A stretch of DNA of 64,000 nt, from sequence record SRR31156797_4840. The stretch is one strand, 5' to 3'. Each line of letters opens with the position of its first letter. Position 1 is the stretch's first letter. Shown in pieces: positions 51,943 through 62,502 of the stretch. The translations under genes and the position numbers were made by a program. The notes under the pieces are model-generated. The model was not told the DNA's origin, did no database searches, and worked only from the letters and a program-made list of their open reading frames with translations.

Positions 51943-51960
51943 ATAAAAGAGAGGGAAAAA

Positions 51961-53583
51961 ATGAATACAAAAAGAAAAATGCTCTGTTTAACCATGTCCG
52001 TTTTTTTTACTAGTTTATTTCTTGCTGGCTGTCAAACAGGAGATGCTGCTGAGCAACTTTCACAAAAGGAGTGGGAAACAACGACAAAAAATCGAGTGTC
52101 GATTCATGACCCCTCGATTACTTCTATTCATGTTGGTGACCAAGAGCTGTTTTACGTATTTGGTTCGCATCTCGCCCAAGCGAAAACAGAAGATTTACAA
52201 ACTTGGGAAGTACCTTTCACTCACGAATATGAATCAATGGAAGACAATATGATCTATGGTAACACAAAAGAAAATCTAGCTGAGACTTTTGAATGGGCAG
52301 GCTACGATGATGCCGATTCAAAAGGTGGTTACAGCCTTTGGGCACCAGATGTCATTTGGAATGCTGATTATGAATGGTCAAATGGAGACAAAGGAGCCTA
52401 TATGCTCTACTACTCAGCTAGTTCTACTTGGCGGCGTTCAGCGATTGGATTGGCCGTAGCTAAAACAATCGAAGGACCCTATAGCTATGCGGATACCGTG
52501 ATCTATTCTGGCTTTACAGAAAAAGATTCGACAGATGGTAGTGAACGCAATACCAACTATCAAAATACCCATTTGGCGAAATTGATCAAAGAGGGGAAAA
52601 TCAGTGGGTTCAGTGAAAACTGGGCGATCGAAGATGGTCTGACGTATAACACCGATTATGCGCCAAACGCCATTGATCCAGCGTTGTTTTATGATGAAGA
52701 AGGGAAACTATGGATGACCTATGGTTCTTGGTCGGGCGGTATCTTTTTATTAGAAGTTGATCCAGCCACTGGAAAACCAATGTATCCTGGGGAAGATAGC
52801 ACGACGGAAGATGGGCGTATCATTGATCGCTATTTCGGGATCAAGCTTTTTGGCGGCTATCATCAATCAGGAGAAGGTCCCTATATTGTTTATGATGAGG
52901 AAACCGATTATTATTACCTATTCGTCACTTATGGTGGTTTAGCAGCAAAAGGTGGTTACAATATGCGACTATTTCGCGCTGAAAAACCAGAAGGACCTTA
53001 CCTTGATGCCCAAGGAAATAGCCCAATCTTCGAACAAGGGGACCAAAATTCAAACTACGGCATCAAATTGATTGGCAACTACCAATTCTCGTTTCAACAA
53101 ATGGGGTATCGAGCAGCGGGACACAATTCGGCGATCATCGATGAGAATGGTCAGTGGTCCTTGGTGTACCATACGCGCTTTAACAATGGAACCGAAGCCC
53201 ATGAAGTGCGGGTCAACAGAATGTATATGAATGAGGAGGGCTGGCCAGTTCCAGCACCCTACGAGTATCGAGGCAATGAACAAATAGCAGATGCTTTGTC
53301 AGAAGATGACATTATCGGACGCTATGAAATCATTAACCATGGTACCGACAATGGAACGACCATGCTAAAAACGCAGACAGTCGAGCTTCAAAAAGATGGA
53401 AGCGTTACTGGTGACTTGACCGGAACTTGGACGTACGATGCGGGAGACTTGGCATTGACTTTTGAAAAAGCGACCTTCAAAGGTATCTTATTAAGTCAGG
53501 AAATAACAGAATTTGAGCAGCAAAAATTAACGTTTTCAACGATTGGCGATAATAATGAATCCATTTGGGGAATCAAAGAATAG
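51961..53583 (+). CDS. GH43 endo-1,5-alpha-L-arabinanase lipoprotein (Abn2-like)
   Basis: Lipobox LAGC; 'VSIHDPS', 'WAPDV', 'NAIDP', 'YGSWSGGIF', 'GEGPYI', 'GHNS', C-terminal 'INHG' domain. Confidence 0.88.
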   Translation: MNTKRKMLCLTMSVFFTSLFLAGCQTGDAAEQLSQKEWETTTKNRVSIHDPSITSIHVGDQELFYVFGSHLAQAKTEDLQTWEVPFTHEYESMEDNMIYGNTKENLAETFEWAGYDDADSKGGYSLWAPDVIWNADYEWSNGDKGAYMLYYSASSTWRRSAIGLAVAKTIEGPYSYADTVIYSGFTEKDSTDGSERNTNYQNTHLAKLIKEGKISGFSENWAIEDGLTYNTDYAPNAIDPALFYDEEGKLWMTYGSWSGGIFLLEVDPATGKPMYPGEDSTTEDGRIIDRYFGIKLFGGYHQSGEGPYIVYDEETDYYYLFVTYGGLAAKGGYNMRLFRAEKPEGPYLDAQGNSPIFEQGDQNSNYGIKLIGNYQFSFQQMGYRAAGHNSAIIDENGQWSLVYHTRFNNGTEAHEVRVNRMYMNEEGWPVPAPYEYRGNEQIADALSEDDIIGRYEIINHGTDNGTTMLKTQTVELQKDGSVTGDLTGTWTYDAGDLALTFEKATFKGILLSQEITEFEQQKLTFSTIGDNNESIWGIKE

Positions 53584-53593
53584 GAGTATAACA

Positions 53594-55039
53594 ATGACGA
53601 TTAACATTCAAAACACAAAATCAGGAACAACGATCAGTAAATATATCTACGGTCATTTTGCAGAGCATCTAGGCCGTTGTATCTATGAAGGATTATACGT
53701 TGGAGAAGATTCGTCGATCCCAAATAAAAATGGGATGCGGATCGATGTGGTTGAAGCACTGAAAAACATTCAAATCCCGGTGCTGCGTTGGCCAGGCGGC
53801 TGCTTCGCCGATGAATACCATTGGAAAGACGGAATTGGACCTAAAGAAAACCGCAAAACGATGGTCAACACTCACTGGGGCGGCGTGACTGAAAACAATC
53901 ATTTCGGGACCCATGAATTTTTTGAATTGATCAAGCAGCTGGAATGTGACGCGTATGTCAACGGCAATGTCGGCAGCGGAACGGTGCAAGAAATGTCGGA
54001 ATGGGTGGAATACATCACGATGGATGGCATTTCTCCGATGGCTGATCTTCGCAGAGAAAATGGCCATGAAGAAGCGTGGGAAATGAAATTTTTTGGCGTA
54101 GGAAACGAAAACTGGGGCTGCGGCGGCAATATGCGGCCAGAGTATTATGCGGATCTGTATCGCCGCTATCAAACCTATGTCCGCCAATACGGCGACAAAA
54201 AAATCTACAAAGTCGCCGGCGGAGCGAATGTCGCAGACTATCATTGGACAGAAACGCTGATGAAAAACGCCCATTGGTTGATGGACGGCCTAAGCTTGCA
54301 CTACTACGTTCATCCGCAAGGCTGGGAAGAAAAAGGTAGCGCCTTGGAATTTGATGAGGCAGAGTGGCAAGTGACCTGTGAAAAAGCAGCCTACATGGAT
54401 GAATTATTGACCCGCCACAGCGCGATTATGGACCAGTATGACCCAGAACAGCGTGTGGGAATCATTGTTGATGAATGGGGCACTTGGTTCTCAGCAGAAC
54501 CTGGTACGAATCCAGGCTTCTTATACCAACAAAATACGATCCGTGATGCCATGGTCGCAGCGATCACCTTGAATATTTTCCATAAACATGCCAAGCGAGT
54601 GCATATGGCAAATATCGCACAAACCGTCAACGTCCTGCAGGCGATGATTTTGACAGATGGCGAACAAATGGTGAAAACCCCAAGCTATCATGTCTTTGAT
54701 TTGTACAAAGTCCATCAAGATGCTGAAACCATTGATAGCCATGGAACCAGCAGCGATACCATTACGTATACGATTTCGAAAAAAGAAGATACGATCCATC
54801 TATCGGTTTGTAATTTTGCTACCCAAGGCACGGAAGAATTATCCTTCTCCCTTGAAACAGCGATCAATGAAGTGAAAGAAGCTCGTTATATCGTGGGAAA
54901 CAAAATGAACGCACACAATGATTTTGATCATCCTGAAGATGTGGTGATCCAAGACTTCACCGCTTACAATGTTGAAGAGAACAAAGTCAGCTTGCGGGTG
55001 CCAGCAATGAGTGTTCTAACGATCTCATTGACAGTCTGA
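53594..55039 (+). CDS. GH51 alpha-L-arabinofuranosidase (Abf2/Xsa-like)
   Basis: '[12 protein letters not shown]', 'RWPGGCFAD', 'GNENWGCGG', 'DEWGTW', '[11 protein letters not shown]'; start at the ATG after AGGAG. Confidence 0.93.
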   Translation: MTINIQNTKSGTTISKYIYGHFAEHLGRCIYEGLYVGEDSSIPNKNGMRIDVVEALKNIQIPVLRWPGGCFADEYHWKDGIGPKENRKTMVNTHWGGVTENNHFGTHEFFELIKQLECDAYVNGNVGSGTVQEMSEWVEYITMDGISPMADLRRENGHEEAWEMKFFGVGNENWGCGGNMRPEYYADLYRRYQTYVRQYGDKKIYKVAGGANVADYHWTETLMKNAHWLMDGLSLHYYVHPQGWEEKGSALEFDEAEWQVTCEKAAYMDELLTRHSAIMDQYDPEQRVGIIVDEWGTWFSAEPGTNPGFLYQQNTIRDAMVAAITLNIFHKHAKRVHMANIAQTVNVLQAMILTDGEQMVKTPSYHVFDLYKVHQDAETIDSHGTSSDTITYTISKKEDTIHLSVCNFATQGTEELSFSLETAINEVKEARYIVGNKMNAHNDFDHPEDVVIQDFTAYNVEENKVSLRVPAMSVLTISLTV

Positions 55040-55043
55040 TCCC

Positions 55044-55310
55044 ATGACTTGTAAAGGATGCGAAGTGAAAGATGCTGCGGCAGCAGCACAGGAAGACATT
55101 GAATCCTTGATTGCAGAACAACTTTCTTTAGAAAGCGACTTGGCTTCGCCGGAGATCGTCAGTAGGAGAATCGTTGTTTGTGAGACTTGTCCATTGCGAT
55201 TGAATCATACCTGTACCAAATGCGGCTGCTTTTATCGGTTTCGCGCAAATTTAGCTAAGAAAAACTGTCCTGCAGGAATGTGGGAACAAACAGGGCAGCT
55301 CGTCAAGTAG
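55044..55310 (+). CDS. Small Cys-rich protein (DUF6171-like)
   Basis: Eight Cys: CKGC, CETC, CTKCGC, CPAGMW; begins 4 nt after the GH51 stop. Confidence 0.75.
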   Translation: MTCKGCEVKDAAAAAQEDIESLIAEQLSLESDLASPEIVSRRIVVCETCPLRLNHTCTKCGCFYRFRANLAKKNCPAGMWEQTGQLVK

Positions 55311-55326
55311 CTGTCCTGTTTGTTTC
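55283..55326 (+). terminator. Terminator ending the arabinan operon
   Basis: GAACAAACAGGGCAGCT...AGCTGTCCTGTTTGTTT overlapping the stop of the Cys-rich gene. Confidence 0.7.
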
Positions 55327-55447
55327 AATTGGTCAGAAGGATCAACAGATAAAACATTTTTTCGATTACGCTTACATAAACGTTGTAGATACGCTATGAT
55401 AAAACGAAAAACAATGTTAATAAAGTGGAAAGTGAGCGAGTGATTCA

Positions 55448-56374
55448 ATGAAAATAAATCAACCCGCAGCGCTTACTTATTATGAAGCTGCGAATCATGG
55501 CACGGAAGATTTCCCATTAGCATATTATCCTAATTTAGTGAGTGTTTGGCGAGAATTCTTTTTTGTGCCACATTGGCATAAAGAAATCGAAATTTTATGT
55601 GTCCATCAAGGACAGCTAGAATTAGTCGTTAATGGAGTCTCACGCAAGATTAAAGCAAATACGATCGTACTGATTCCTCCCAATACTTTACACACTGCCT
55701 ATCGAATCGCACAACAAAGCTGCCGTTTTTCATGTATCGTTTTTTCTGAAAAATTAATTACGAGTCGGCAATCAGATAGAATTCAAAGCCAACAAATCGA
55801 TCCTTTTTTGATACAAGAATGTGTTACTTCTTATGTGGATTTTCCAGATAAAAGTCAACAAAGTCTCAGCTTGTTTCAACTATTTGATCAATGCTTTATG
55901 GGGAAATCGTCCTATCGTGAATTACGTCTGAAAGGGATCGTTATCCAACTCTTGTCATATCTATTAGAAGTTGGGACTGACCAGCCAGCAAAAAAATCAA
56001 GCGAGCGCCTCCAAGAAAAACGGGAAAAAATGGTTTTATCTTATATTCATACTAATTATCATGAAATGATCCAATTGCAAGATTTGGCCGATTCTGTTTC
56101 CTTAAGTAAAGAGCAATTCACACGATTTTTTAAGCAATCATTTCGAACTTCCCCAATGGCTTATCTAAATCATTATCGCTTGATCCGATCGGCAGAATTG
56201 TTGCGAGAGACTGATTTGACCATGGTGGCGATCGCTCAAGCTATCGGTTTTTGTAATAGTAATCATTTTTCTGTGTGCTTCAAAAAGATGTTTGGTGAGA
56301 CTCCTACACAATATCGGAAAAATGACATGATTACGATAGAACACGCCATAAAATCGAAGGATAGCCCTCTGTAA
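55448..56374 (+). CDS. AraC-family regulator (cupin sensor domain)
   Basis: 'PHWHKEIE', C-terminal 'IAQAIGF..SNHFS..FKK.FGETPTQYR'; cre-like CGATTACGCTTACA upstream near 55363. Confidence 0.9.
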   Translation: MKINQPAALTYYEAANHGTEDFPLAYYPNLVSVWREFFFVPHWHKEIEILCVHQGQLELVVNGVSRKIKANTIVLIPPNTLHTAYRIAQQSCRFSCIVFSEKLITSRQSDRIQSQQIDPFLIQECVTSYVDFPDKSQQSLSLFQLFDQCFMGKSSYRELRLKGIVIQLLSYLLEVGTDQPAKKSSERLQEKREKMVLSYIHTNYHEMIQLQDLADSVSLSKEQFTRFFKQSFRTSPMAYLNHYRLIRSAELLRETDLTMVAIAQAIGFCNSNHFSVCFKKMFGETPTQYRKNDMITIEHAIKSKDSPL

Positions 56375-56407
56375 TCCAGCTATACTGAAAAAAAGGAGGG
56401 TTCAAAA

Positions 56408-58408
56408 ATGTCGTTTTTTTCAATAGGTGAGAATTACCTCGAATTTCAAAATGGAAATGAAGTCGTGCGTATTATTGCTTGGGGCACGAACAGTTTGCGG
56501 GTGGTGAGTGCACCGTCTGGTGAACTAGATTTATCCTGCTGTGCATTATTAACACAAGATTCTAAGGCCGAGGTTGCGATTGAGGGGGATGTAGGAGCTA
56601 TCGGTAATGGAAAAATCCACGCAGTAGTCACCAAAGACGCAGGCTGGAACAACTATGGCAAGATCACTTTTTACAATCAAAAAGGCGAAGTGATTTTGAA
56701 AGAGGCAGCATCTGGCGGTGCGCTCTTGAAGAAGGCGCGGTTTTTTAAGTCGATTATTGGAGGAGATTTTCAACTAAAAGCTACTTTCGAAGCCAATCGT
56801 GAGGAGAAAATCTATGGTATGGGGCAATATCAACAGGATATTTTTGATCTAAAAGGGTGTAATTTAGAATTAGCGCATCGAAATTCACAAGCTTCGATCC
56901 CCTTTTATTTATCAAACAAAGGATACGGCTTTTTTTGGCACAATCCAGCAATCGGTTCGGTCTCTTTTGGTAAAAATACGACCGAATGGCGTGCCGAAAG
57001 TACGAAGCAATTGGATTACTGGATCACTGCTGGAGAGACACCAGCTCAAATCGAAGAACAATTTAGCCAAGTGACAGGACGGGCACCTATGATGCCCGAA
57101 TATGGCCTAGGATTTTGGCAATGTAAACTTCGCTATGCGACACAAGCGGAAGTAGTGGCGATCGCTAGGGAACACAAAGAGCGGAACATTCCCGTTGATG
57201 TACTAGTGATCGATTATTATCATTGGCCGCGCTGTGGTGATTTTCGCTTTGATGAAAATTTCTTTCCAGACCCCAAGGCGATGGCAGAAGAAGTACGAGA
57301 TAAATATGGAATCGAGCTAATGGTATCGATCTGGCCCCAAATCGACACGCGTAGTGAGAATTTTCAAGAGATGAAAGAACAAGGCTTATTAGTCAAAACG
57401 GATCGCGGCATTGATGTACAGATGTTGTTTCATGGGAATAACATCTTTTATGATCCAACAAATCCTAAAGCTCGAAACTATGTCTGGGAGAAAGTATCAA
57501 AAAATTATGTCAATAACGGCATTCGCTTGTTTTGGTTGGATGAGGCTGAACCAGAATTTGGTACGTATGACTATGATTCCTATCGTTATTATGTAGGGAG
57601 TGTGTTGCAAAAAGGCAACATTTATCCCCGTGAGTATGTTCGTGGTTTTGATGAGGGAGAAGCTTCCTCACAAAAAGAACATTCAATCAAATTGGTTCGT
57701 TGTGCTTGGGCGGGCAGCCAACGATATGGGGCATTGGTTTGGTCCGGCGATATTCATTCGACTTACCAAGACTTTCGCAACCAAATCGTTGCTGGCATGC
57801 AAATGGGGTTAGCAGGCATCCCGTGGTGGACAAGTGACATCGGCGGATTTCATGGTGGTTCTGTGACAAGTCTAGATTTTCAAGATTTATTGATCCGCTG
57901 GTTTCAATACGGGACTTTTTGTCCAGTCATGCGATTGCACGGTTCACGTACTCCCCATAAAAAAATCTTCAAAGCAGATGGTGAAGAAACAGAGCAAACC
58001 GGAGCAGCTAACGAAATATGGGCGTTTGGGGAAAAGAACTATGAGATTATGAAAAAATTTATTGGAATTCGTGAATTGATGCGGGACTACTCGCGTGAAT
58101 TGATGCGCGCAGCTCATGAAAAAGGAACGCCAGTCATTCGACCAACTTTTTATGAATTTCCAGAGGATCGCCAGGTATGGGAACTGACAACACAGTATCT
58201 CTATGGTTCTGATATTCTAGTGGCGCCCATCGTTGTAGCGCATGCTACTGAGCGTGAGGTATATTTGCCAACAGGAGCAAAATGGACCGATGCTCGAGAT
58301 GGAACTATCTATGAAGGTGGACAATGGATTGTCGCACAGGCACAAATTGATTCCTTACCAATCTTTTTGCGAGAGGGAAAACAGAGTTACTTGATTCATG
58401 AAGTATAG
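56408..58408 (+). CDS. GH31 glycosidase, probably alpha-xylosidase (XylS-like)
   Basis: 'GFWQCKLRY', nucleophile 'WLDEAEPE', 'WSGDI', 'DIGGF', 'PVMRLHG'. Confidence 0.85.
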   Translation: MSFFSIGENYLEFQNGNEVVRIIAWGTNSLRVVSAPSGELDLSCCALLTQDSKAEVAIEGDVGAIGNGKIHAVVTKDAGWNNYGKITFYNQKGEVILKEAASGGALLKKARFFKSIIGGDFQLKATFEANREEKIYGMGQYQQDIFDLKGCNLELAHRNSQASIPFYLSNKGYGFFWHNPAIGSVSFGKNTTEWRAESTKQLDYWITAGETPAQIEEQFSQVTGRAPMMPEYGLGFWQCKLRYATQAEVVAIAREHKERNIPVDVLVIDYYHWPRCGDFRFDENFFPDPKAMAEEVRDKYGIELMVSIWPQIDTRSENFQEMKEQGLLVKTDRGIDVQMLFHGNNIFYDPTNPKARNYVWEKVSKNYVNNGIRLFWLDEAEPEFGTYDYDSYRYYVGSVLQKGNIYPREYVRGFDEGEASSQKEHSIKLVRCAWAGSQRYGALVWSGDIHSTYQDFRNQIVAGMQMGLAGIPWWTSDIGGFHGGSVTSLDFQDLLIRWFQYGTFCPVMRLHGSRTPHKKIFKADGEETEQTGAANEIWAFGEKNYEIMKKFIGIRELMRDYSRELMRAAHEKGTPVIRPTFYEFPEDRQVWELTTQYLYGSDILVAPIVVAHATEREVYLPTGAKWTDARDGTIYEGGQWIVAQAQIDSLPIFLREGKQSYLIHEV

Positions 58409-58484
58409 GCTGGAAATGGTTACGGTCAGTTGTTTGTAAGACTGGTAGGTACCTTGTTGAGAGGGTAAGAACAATATGAATAGA

Positions 58485-58521
58485 AAAGCAACACAATGTG
58501 CTCGGCACATTGTGTTGCTTT
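58485..58521. terminator. Perfect 17-bp hairpin between convergent GH31 and GH27
   Basis: AAAGCAACACAATGTGC tcg GCACATTGTGTTGCTTT. Confidence 0.8.
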
Positions 58522-58532
58522 CATTGAGAGGA

Positions 58533-59798
58533 CTATTGTAATGGGCTTTTGAGTAACAAGACACCATGAGTAGGAACCTCAGCATTGGCAATTGTTTGTT
58601 CTTTTTGTTGCCATAACTCAGTGCCGTTTTTAAGTGGTAGTAAATCAGTGATCGATTTTGGGATGGTTTGCGTTTGATCAGAAACATTGAAAATGGCATA
58701 GTAGACTGCTGTGTCGCTCAACGCCTCCCAAATGATCCACTCTTGATCACGATAGAACTCTTTTTTCGTATAAATTCTTCGATACATTTCTAAGACTTCA
58801 GTATTCGTCAATAAACGTAAGGTAAAGAGATCGATGTCTGGTAAAGTACCACCAAACATCAATGGAGATTGGAAGATCGTCCATAAACTCATCAATAAGT
58901 ATTGCTCGTCTTCCGTAAAACGTGTCCAGCTGTCACCACCGCCACCATCAACTGCCCGAATGCCGATATGACCCAACGGCAACATATCACAGTCAGGCCA
59001 GTTACCTGGACGGACGAAAGGTGCCCACTCTGCTGCTCGGTCAAACATGGCGTAAAGGGCATCCCAATGATCCCAAAAGTCATCCGTCAAGCGCCACATA
59101 TTGGCATGATTTTGAAAGAAACTACCATTTTTGAGGGCAGCTGGTCCGGGAGACAAAGAAAGGACGATCTCTCGACCGGATCGATCGATTGCACGGCGAA
59201 TCGCTTTGATTTCTGCTTTATGGGCATCACCGTAAATTTTCGAATCGCCGATATCATCCACCTTTATAAAGTCAACACCCCAAGAAGCATATAATTCGAG
59301 CAAAGAATCATAATAAAGCTGTCCTTCAGGCAATGAAACATCGACCCCATACATATCGGAATTCCAAGGGCAGATTGAATTCATAGCAATGTCCCGTGCC
59401 CGTTTATCCGTTCCTTTGATCGGCGTATTTTGATGAACTGCTTGTCGTGGAATGCCGCGCATGATATGGATACCAAACTTCAGCCCTTTTTGATGCAGAT
59501 AGTCACCAAGTTTTTTGAAACCAGCGCCATCTTTTGCTGAAGGGAAACGATTTTCAGCAGGAATCAAGCGAGAATAGTCGTCCATACACAACGGATAAAA
59601 ATCATTGTACCTTGTAGACTTTGCTTCTGGTTCGCTCCATTGAATATCCACGACGACATACTCCCAACCATAAGCTTTCAAATGCTCTGCCATAAAATCG
59701 GCATGGGCGATCACTTCTGCTTCGGTCACAGAAGCGCCATAGCAGTCCCAAGAATTCCATCCCATTGGGGGTGTTTGTGCAAAATGTAAAAAAGACAT
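58533..59798 (-). CDS. GH27 glycosidase, probably beta-L-arabinopyranosidase
   Basis: 'TPPMGWNSWD', 'VVDIQW', 'WGVDFIKVD', 'SLSPG', 'WRLTDDFWD', 'PDCDMLP'. Confidence 0.88.
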   Translation of the reverse strand: MSFLHFAQTPPMGWNSWDCYGASVTEAEVIAHADFMAEHLKAYGWEYVVVDIQWSEPEAKSTRYNDFYPLCMDDYSRLIPAENRFPSAKDGAGFKKLGDYLHQKGLKFGIHIMRGIPRQAVHQNTPIKGTDKRARDIAMNSICPWNSDMYGVDVSLPEGQLYYDSLLELYASWGVDFIKVDDIGDSKIYGDAHKAEIKAIRRAIDRSGREIVLSLSPGPAALKNGSFFQNHANMWRLTDDFWDHWDALYAMFDRAAEWAPFVRPGNWPDCDMLPLGHIGIRAVDGGGGDSWTRFTEDEQYLLMSLWTIFQSPLMFGGTLPDIDLFTLRLLTNTEVLEMYRRIYTKKEFYRDQEWIIWEALSDTAVYYAIFNVSDQTQTIPKSITDLLPLKNGTELWQQKEQTIANAEVPTHGVLLLKSPLQ

Positions 59799-59918
59799 CG
59801 ATTTCCTCCTAGTACGTTTTTCTTATAGTATAGTAAGCAATAAAAAAGAGAGGGAAAGTTTTGTCTACTAGAAATAAAAAAGAAAGAAATCGTCAACGAA
59901 TGAAAAAGGAGTTGTTCA

Positions 59919-60818
59919 ATGGTGTTTCCACAAGAAACAAACTATGCGAAGATTACAGCATACTATAGTGTTGCCCTTGAGCGTTTTTCCATGAATCCAC
60001 ATCAACACCCAGCGTGTGAGATCATGTTTGTGACCAAAGGGAAGTGTAAGATAAAGGTGCAAGATCAAGTAATTGTTCTGGAAAGAAATGATTTCGTTTT
60101 CATAAATGCGTTTGTGGAACACGCCTTACTCGTTGAAGGAGATTCCTGCACATTACTGAATATTGAATTTCTTCTGAGTGAGACACCGTCCGCCCTTTGT
60201 GTTCGTGATGTTTTTGCATACATCAAAGGAAATGTACAATGGAATGAGCCTTACGCGAAAAGTCGCGATGTCCGCCAATTTGGACAAGCGATCAAGTCAT
60301 TGCTGCAGCTGCTAATGATCGATGATACTCAAGAGCAACCGTCTGCTGAACGGCAATTTACGATCGAGCTCTTGTTTAAGCGGATGCTGATGGAATTAGC
60401 CTTTTCATTACGTACGAAAGAAACCAAACGGGGCAATTGCTATGTGAACGCTGCGATCGACTATATTCAACAACATTTTGATGAAGATATTCAAGTCTCC
60501 CAAATCGCAACGGCGGTGGGGATTACGAAAGCCTACTTGCATAAACTCTTTCATGAGCAACTGGGAGTGACGGTCAACCATTTTCTCACCAGTGAGCGTC
60601 TGAAGCAGGCAGCATTTTTACTAAGCAATAGTCAGCTGCCAATCGTCGAAATTGCCGCTCAAGCAGGATTCAACAGTAGGCAGCACTTTACCAATACCTT
60701 TAAACAGAAAAAAGGCATGAGTCCTAAAGTTTATCGTCAAATCTACACCCATCAAATCAAAGAAGAAGCAGGACAACATATATTAGGGGAACATACAGCT
60801 TTTTTAAGAATGAAGTAA
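59919..60818 (+). CDS. AraC-family regulator, divergent from GH27
   Basis: 'PHQHPACEIMFV', 'IAAQAGFNSRQHF..TFK....MSPKVYR'. Confidence 0.9.
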   Translation: MVFPQETNYAKITAYYSVALERFSMNPHQHPACEIMFVTKGKCKIKVQDQVIVLERNDFVFINAFVEHALLVEGDSCTLLNIEFLLSETPSALCVRDVFAYIKGNVQWNEPYAKSRDVRQFGQAIKSLLQLLMIDDTQEQPSAERQFTIELLFKRMLMELAFSLRTKETKRGNCYVNAAIDYIQQHFDEDIQVSQIATAVGITKAYLHKLFHEQLGVTVNHFLTSERLKQAAFLLSNSQLPIVEIAAQAGFNSRQHFTNTFKQKKGMSPKVYRQIYTHQIKEEAGQHILGEHTAFLRMK

Positions 60819-60837
60819 AGACAGATAGTTAGAAAGT

Positions 60838-62502
60838 GTGATGCGATTGAAGATAAAAATGAAACTTATGGTAACGATCATTATTGCAAATGTCGTTACT
60901 TCGTCACTGATCATTCTCTTTTTTTCTAATACCGCGAATAAGATCATTGATAAAAATATGGAGATCCAAGCGAAAGAGATCGAGGTCTCTATTTTACGTA
61001 ATATCCATACGATCAGTACGGATCTCAATCATATCAATTATAAATTGATTATGGATGGCTACGACACGTTGAAAGAGGCCAGTGAACAACCACGGATTAC
61101 GAGAGACACCTTTGAGAGCATCAAGCTGACTATGGAATTGAAAGAGATCGTGGAACCATTGTATCAATTTCAACCTTATTTGCTGGGAATGGCGATTTAT
61201 TCCAAAGAAAATCGGTTGATGTCGTTTGGGTTAGTTGATCCAGTTGTTGAAGAAAAGCTGATTGGTTACACCAATGAGGCCGCTTATGCAAGAGAGATTG
61301 ATGATTCGACTGTTTATATCAAAAATGAAATCAAAGTCGGGCAAGTAGTCCTGGGGCATTTGTTGGGATTCCTTCATACAAGCGAGTTTCTTAATGATCA
61401 ATTAGAAAATCTCCCTGCTGGTACGCAGATCGCCTTGTTAGATCAAAAGCAAACGGTGCTTGCTGAAGTTGGCACCATTGATGAAGACCAAGCCAATTTG
61501 TATGAGAAATCATTCTATAGTGAAGAAGTCGAAGCGTGGTTTCATCTCCATCTCCCTAAAAAGCCATTTTTGGGACCGTTGACACAGAATTTACGACTGA
61601 TGATTTTTCTGTGTATCGTGATCGTCAGCATGAGTATTTTTGTGGCTACGCTTATTATATTAAAACTGTCGAAACGAATCGATCAATTAAACCAAGCAAT
61701 GGAGCGGGTCAAGAATAAGGACTTATCAACCACTGTTGAGATCCAAGGCAATGACGAATTAAAACAAATGAGTATAGTCTTTAATTCGATGATAGCCAAT
61801 ATCAATACTTTGATGGAAGAAAATAAAGCCAGAGAAAAAGAGAAAAAAGAAATTGAGATCGACTTTTTACAAGCTCAAATCAACCCCCATTTTCTGTCCA
61901 ATACGTTAAACTCGATTACCTGGATGGCTGAATTACAACAGGCTAACAATATTGCCCATCTTTCGAAATCACTTGTATCATTGTTGCATGCCACGATGTA
62001 TAAGGGACAAGACTTGATTCCTTTGTCTGAAGAAGTAGCCCATGTCAAAAGCTATGTGTCCATCCAAAAAGTTGCCTATATTGATAGCTTTGATGTTCAT
62101 TGGGCGCTTGATCCAGCGATTTTATCTTGCCGTATCCTCCGATTTATTTTGCAGCCCATTGTTGAAAATAGCATTTTGCACAATTTTGTTGGAACGAATA
62201 GCGAAAAAGGGCAAATAAAAATAAGTGGAGAAAAAAGGGGAGATAAGCTTTGTTTAATGGTTGAAGATAATGGTAATGGACTAACAGAAGAAGCGATAAA
62301 ACAGATAAACGATCGAGAAAAAAGCAATGGAAAACACTATTCGAAAATTGGTATCCATAATATCGATAAACGAATCAAGCTTTACTATGGTCCAGACTAT
62401 GGTATCACATATGAAACAGAGTTAGAGGTTTATACCAGGGTCATTATTGAGCTTCCTATGATTGGAGAAAACGACGATGAAGAAAATAGCCCTCTTGGAT
62501 GA
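60838..62502 (+). CDS. Sensor histidine kinase (YesM-like)
   Basis: Two TMs, HAMP, 'LQAQINPHFLSNTL', 'LQPIVENSILH', 'DNGNG'. Confidence 0.92.
   Translation: MMRLKIKMKLMVTIIIANVVTSSLIILFFSNTANKIIDKNMEIQAKEIEVSILRNIHTISTDLNHINYKLIMDGYDTLKEASEQPRITRDTFESIKLTMELKEIVEPLYQFQPYLLGMAIYSKENRLMSFGLVDPVVEEKLIGYTNEAAYAREIDDSTVYIKNEIKVGQVVLGHLLGFLHTSEFLNDQLENLPAGTQIALLDQKQTVLAEVGTIDEDQANLYEKSFYSEEVEAWFHLHLPKKPFLGPLTQNLRLMIFLCIVIVSMSIFVATLIILKLSKRIDQLNQAMERVKNKDLSTTVEIQGNDELKQMSIVFNSMIANINTLMEENKAREKEKKEIEIDFLQAQINPHFLSNTLNSITWMAELQQANNIAHLSKSLVSLLHATMYKGQDLIPLSEEVAHVKSYVSIQKVAYIDSFDVHWALDPAILSCRILRFILQPIVENSILHNFVGTNSEKGQIKISGEKRGDKLCLMVEDNGNGLTEEAIKQINDREKSNGKHYSKIGIHNIDKRIKLYYGPDYGITYETELEVYTRVIIELPMIGENDDEENSPLG

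Noticed and set aside
53693..54274. 193-aa antisense ORF, and the many other 60-160-aa antisense or alternate-frame ORFs
   Set aside because: Shadows of well-supported genes with no RBS or recognisable motifs.
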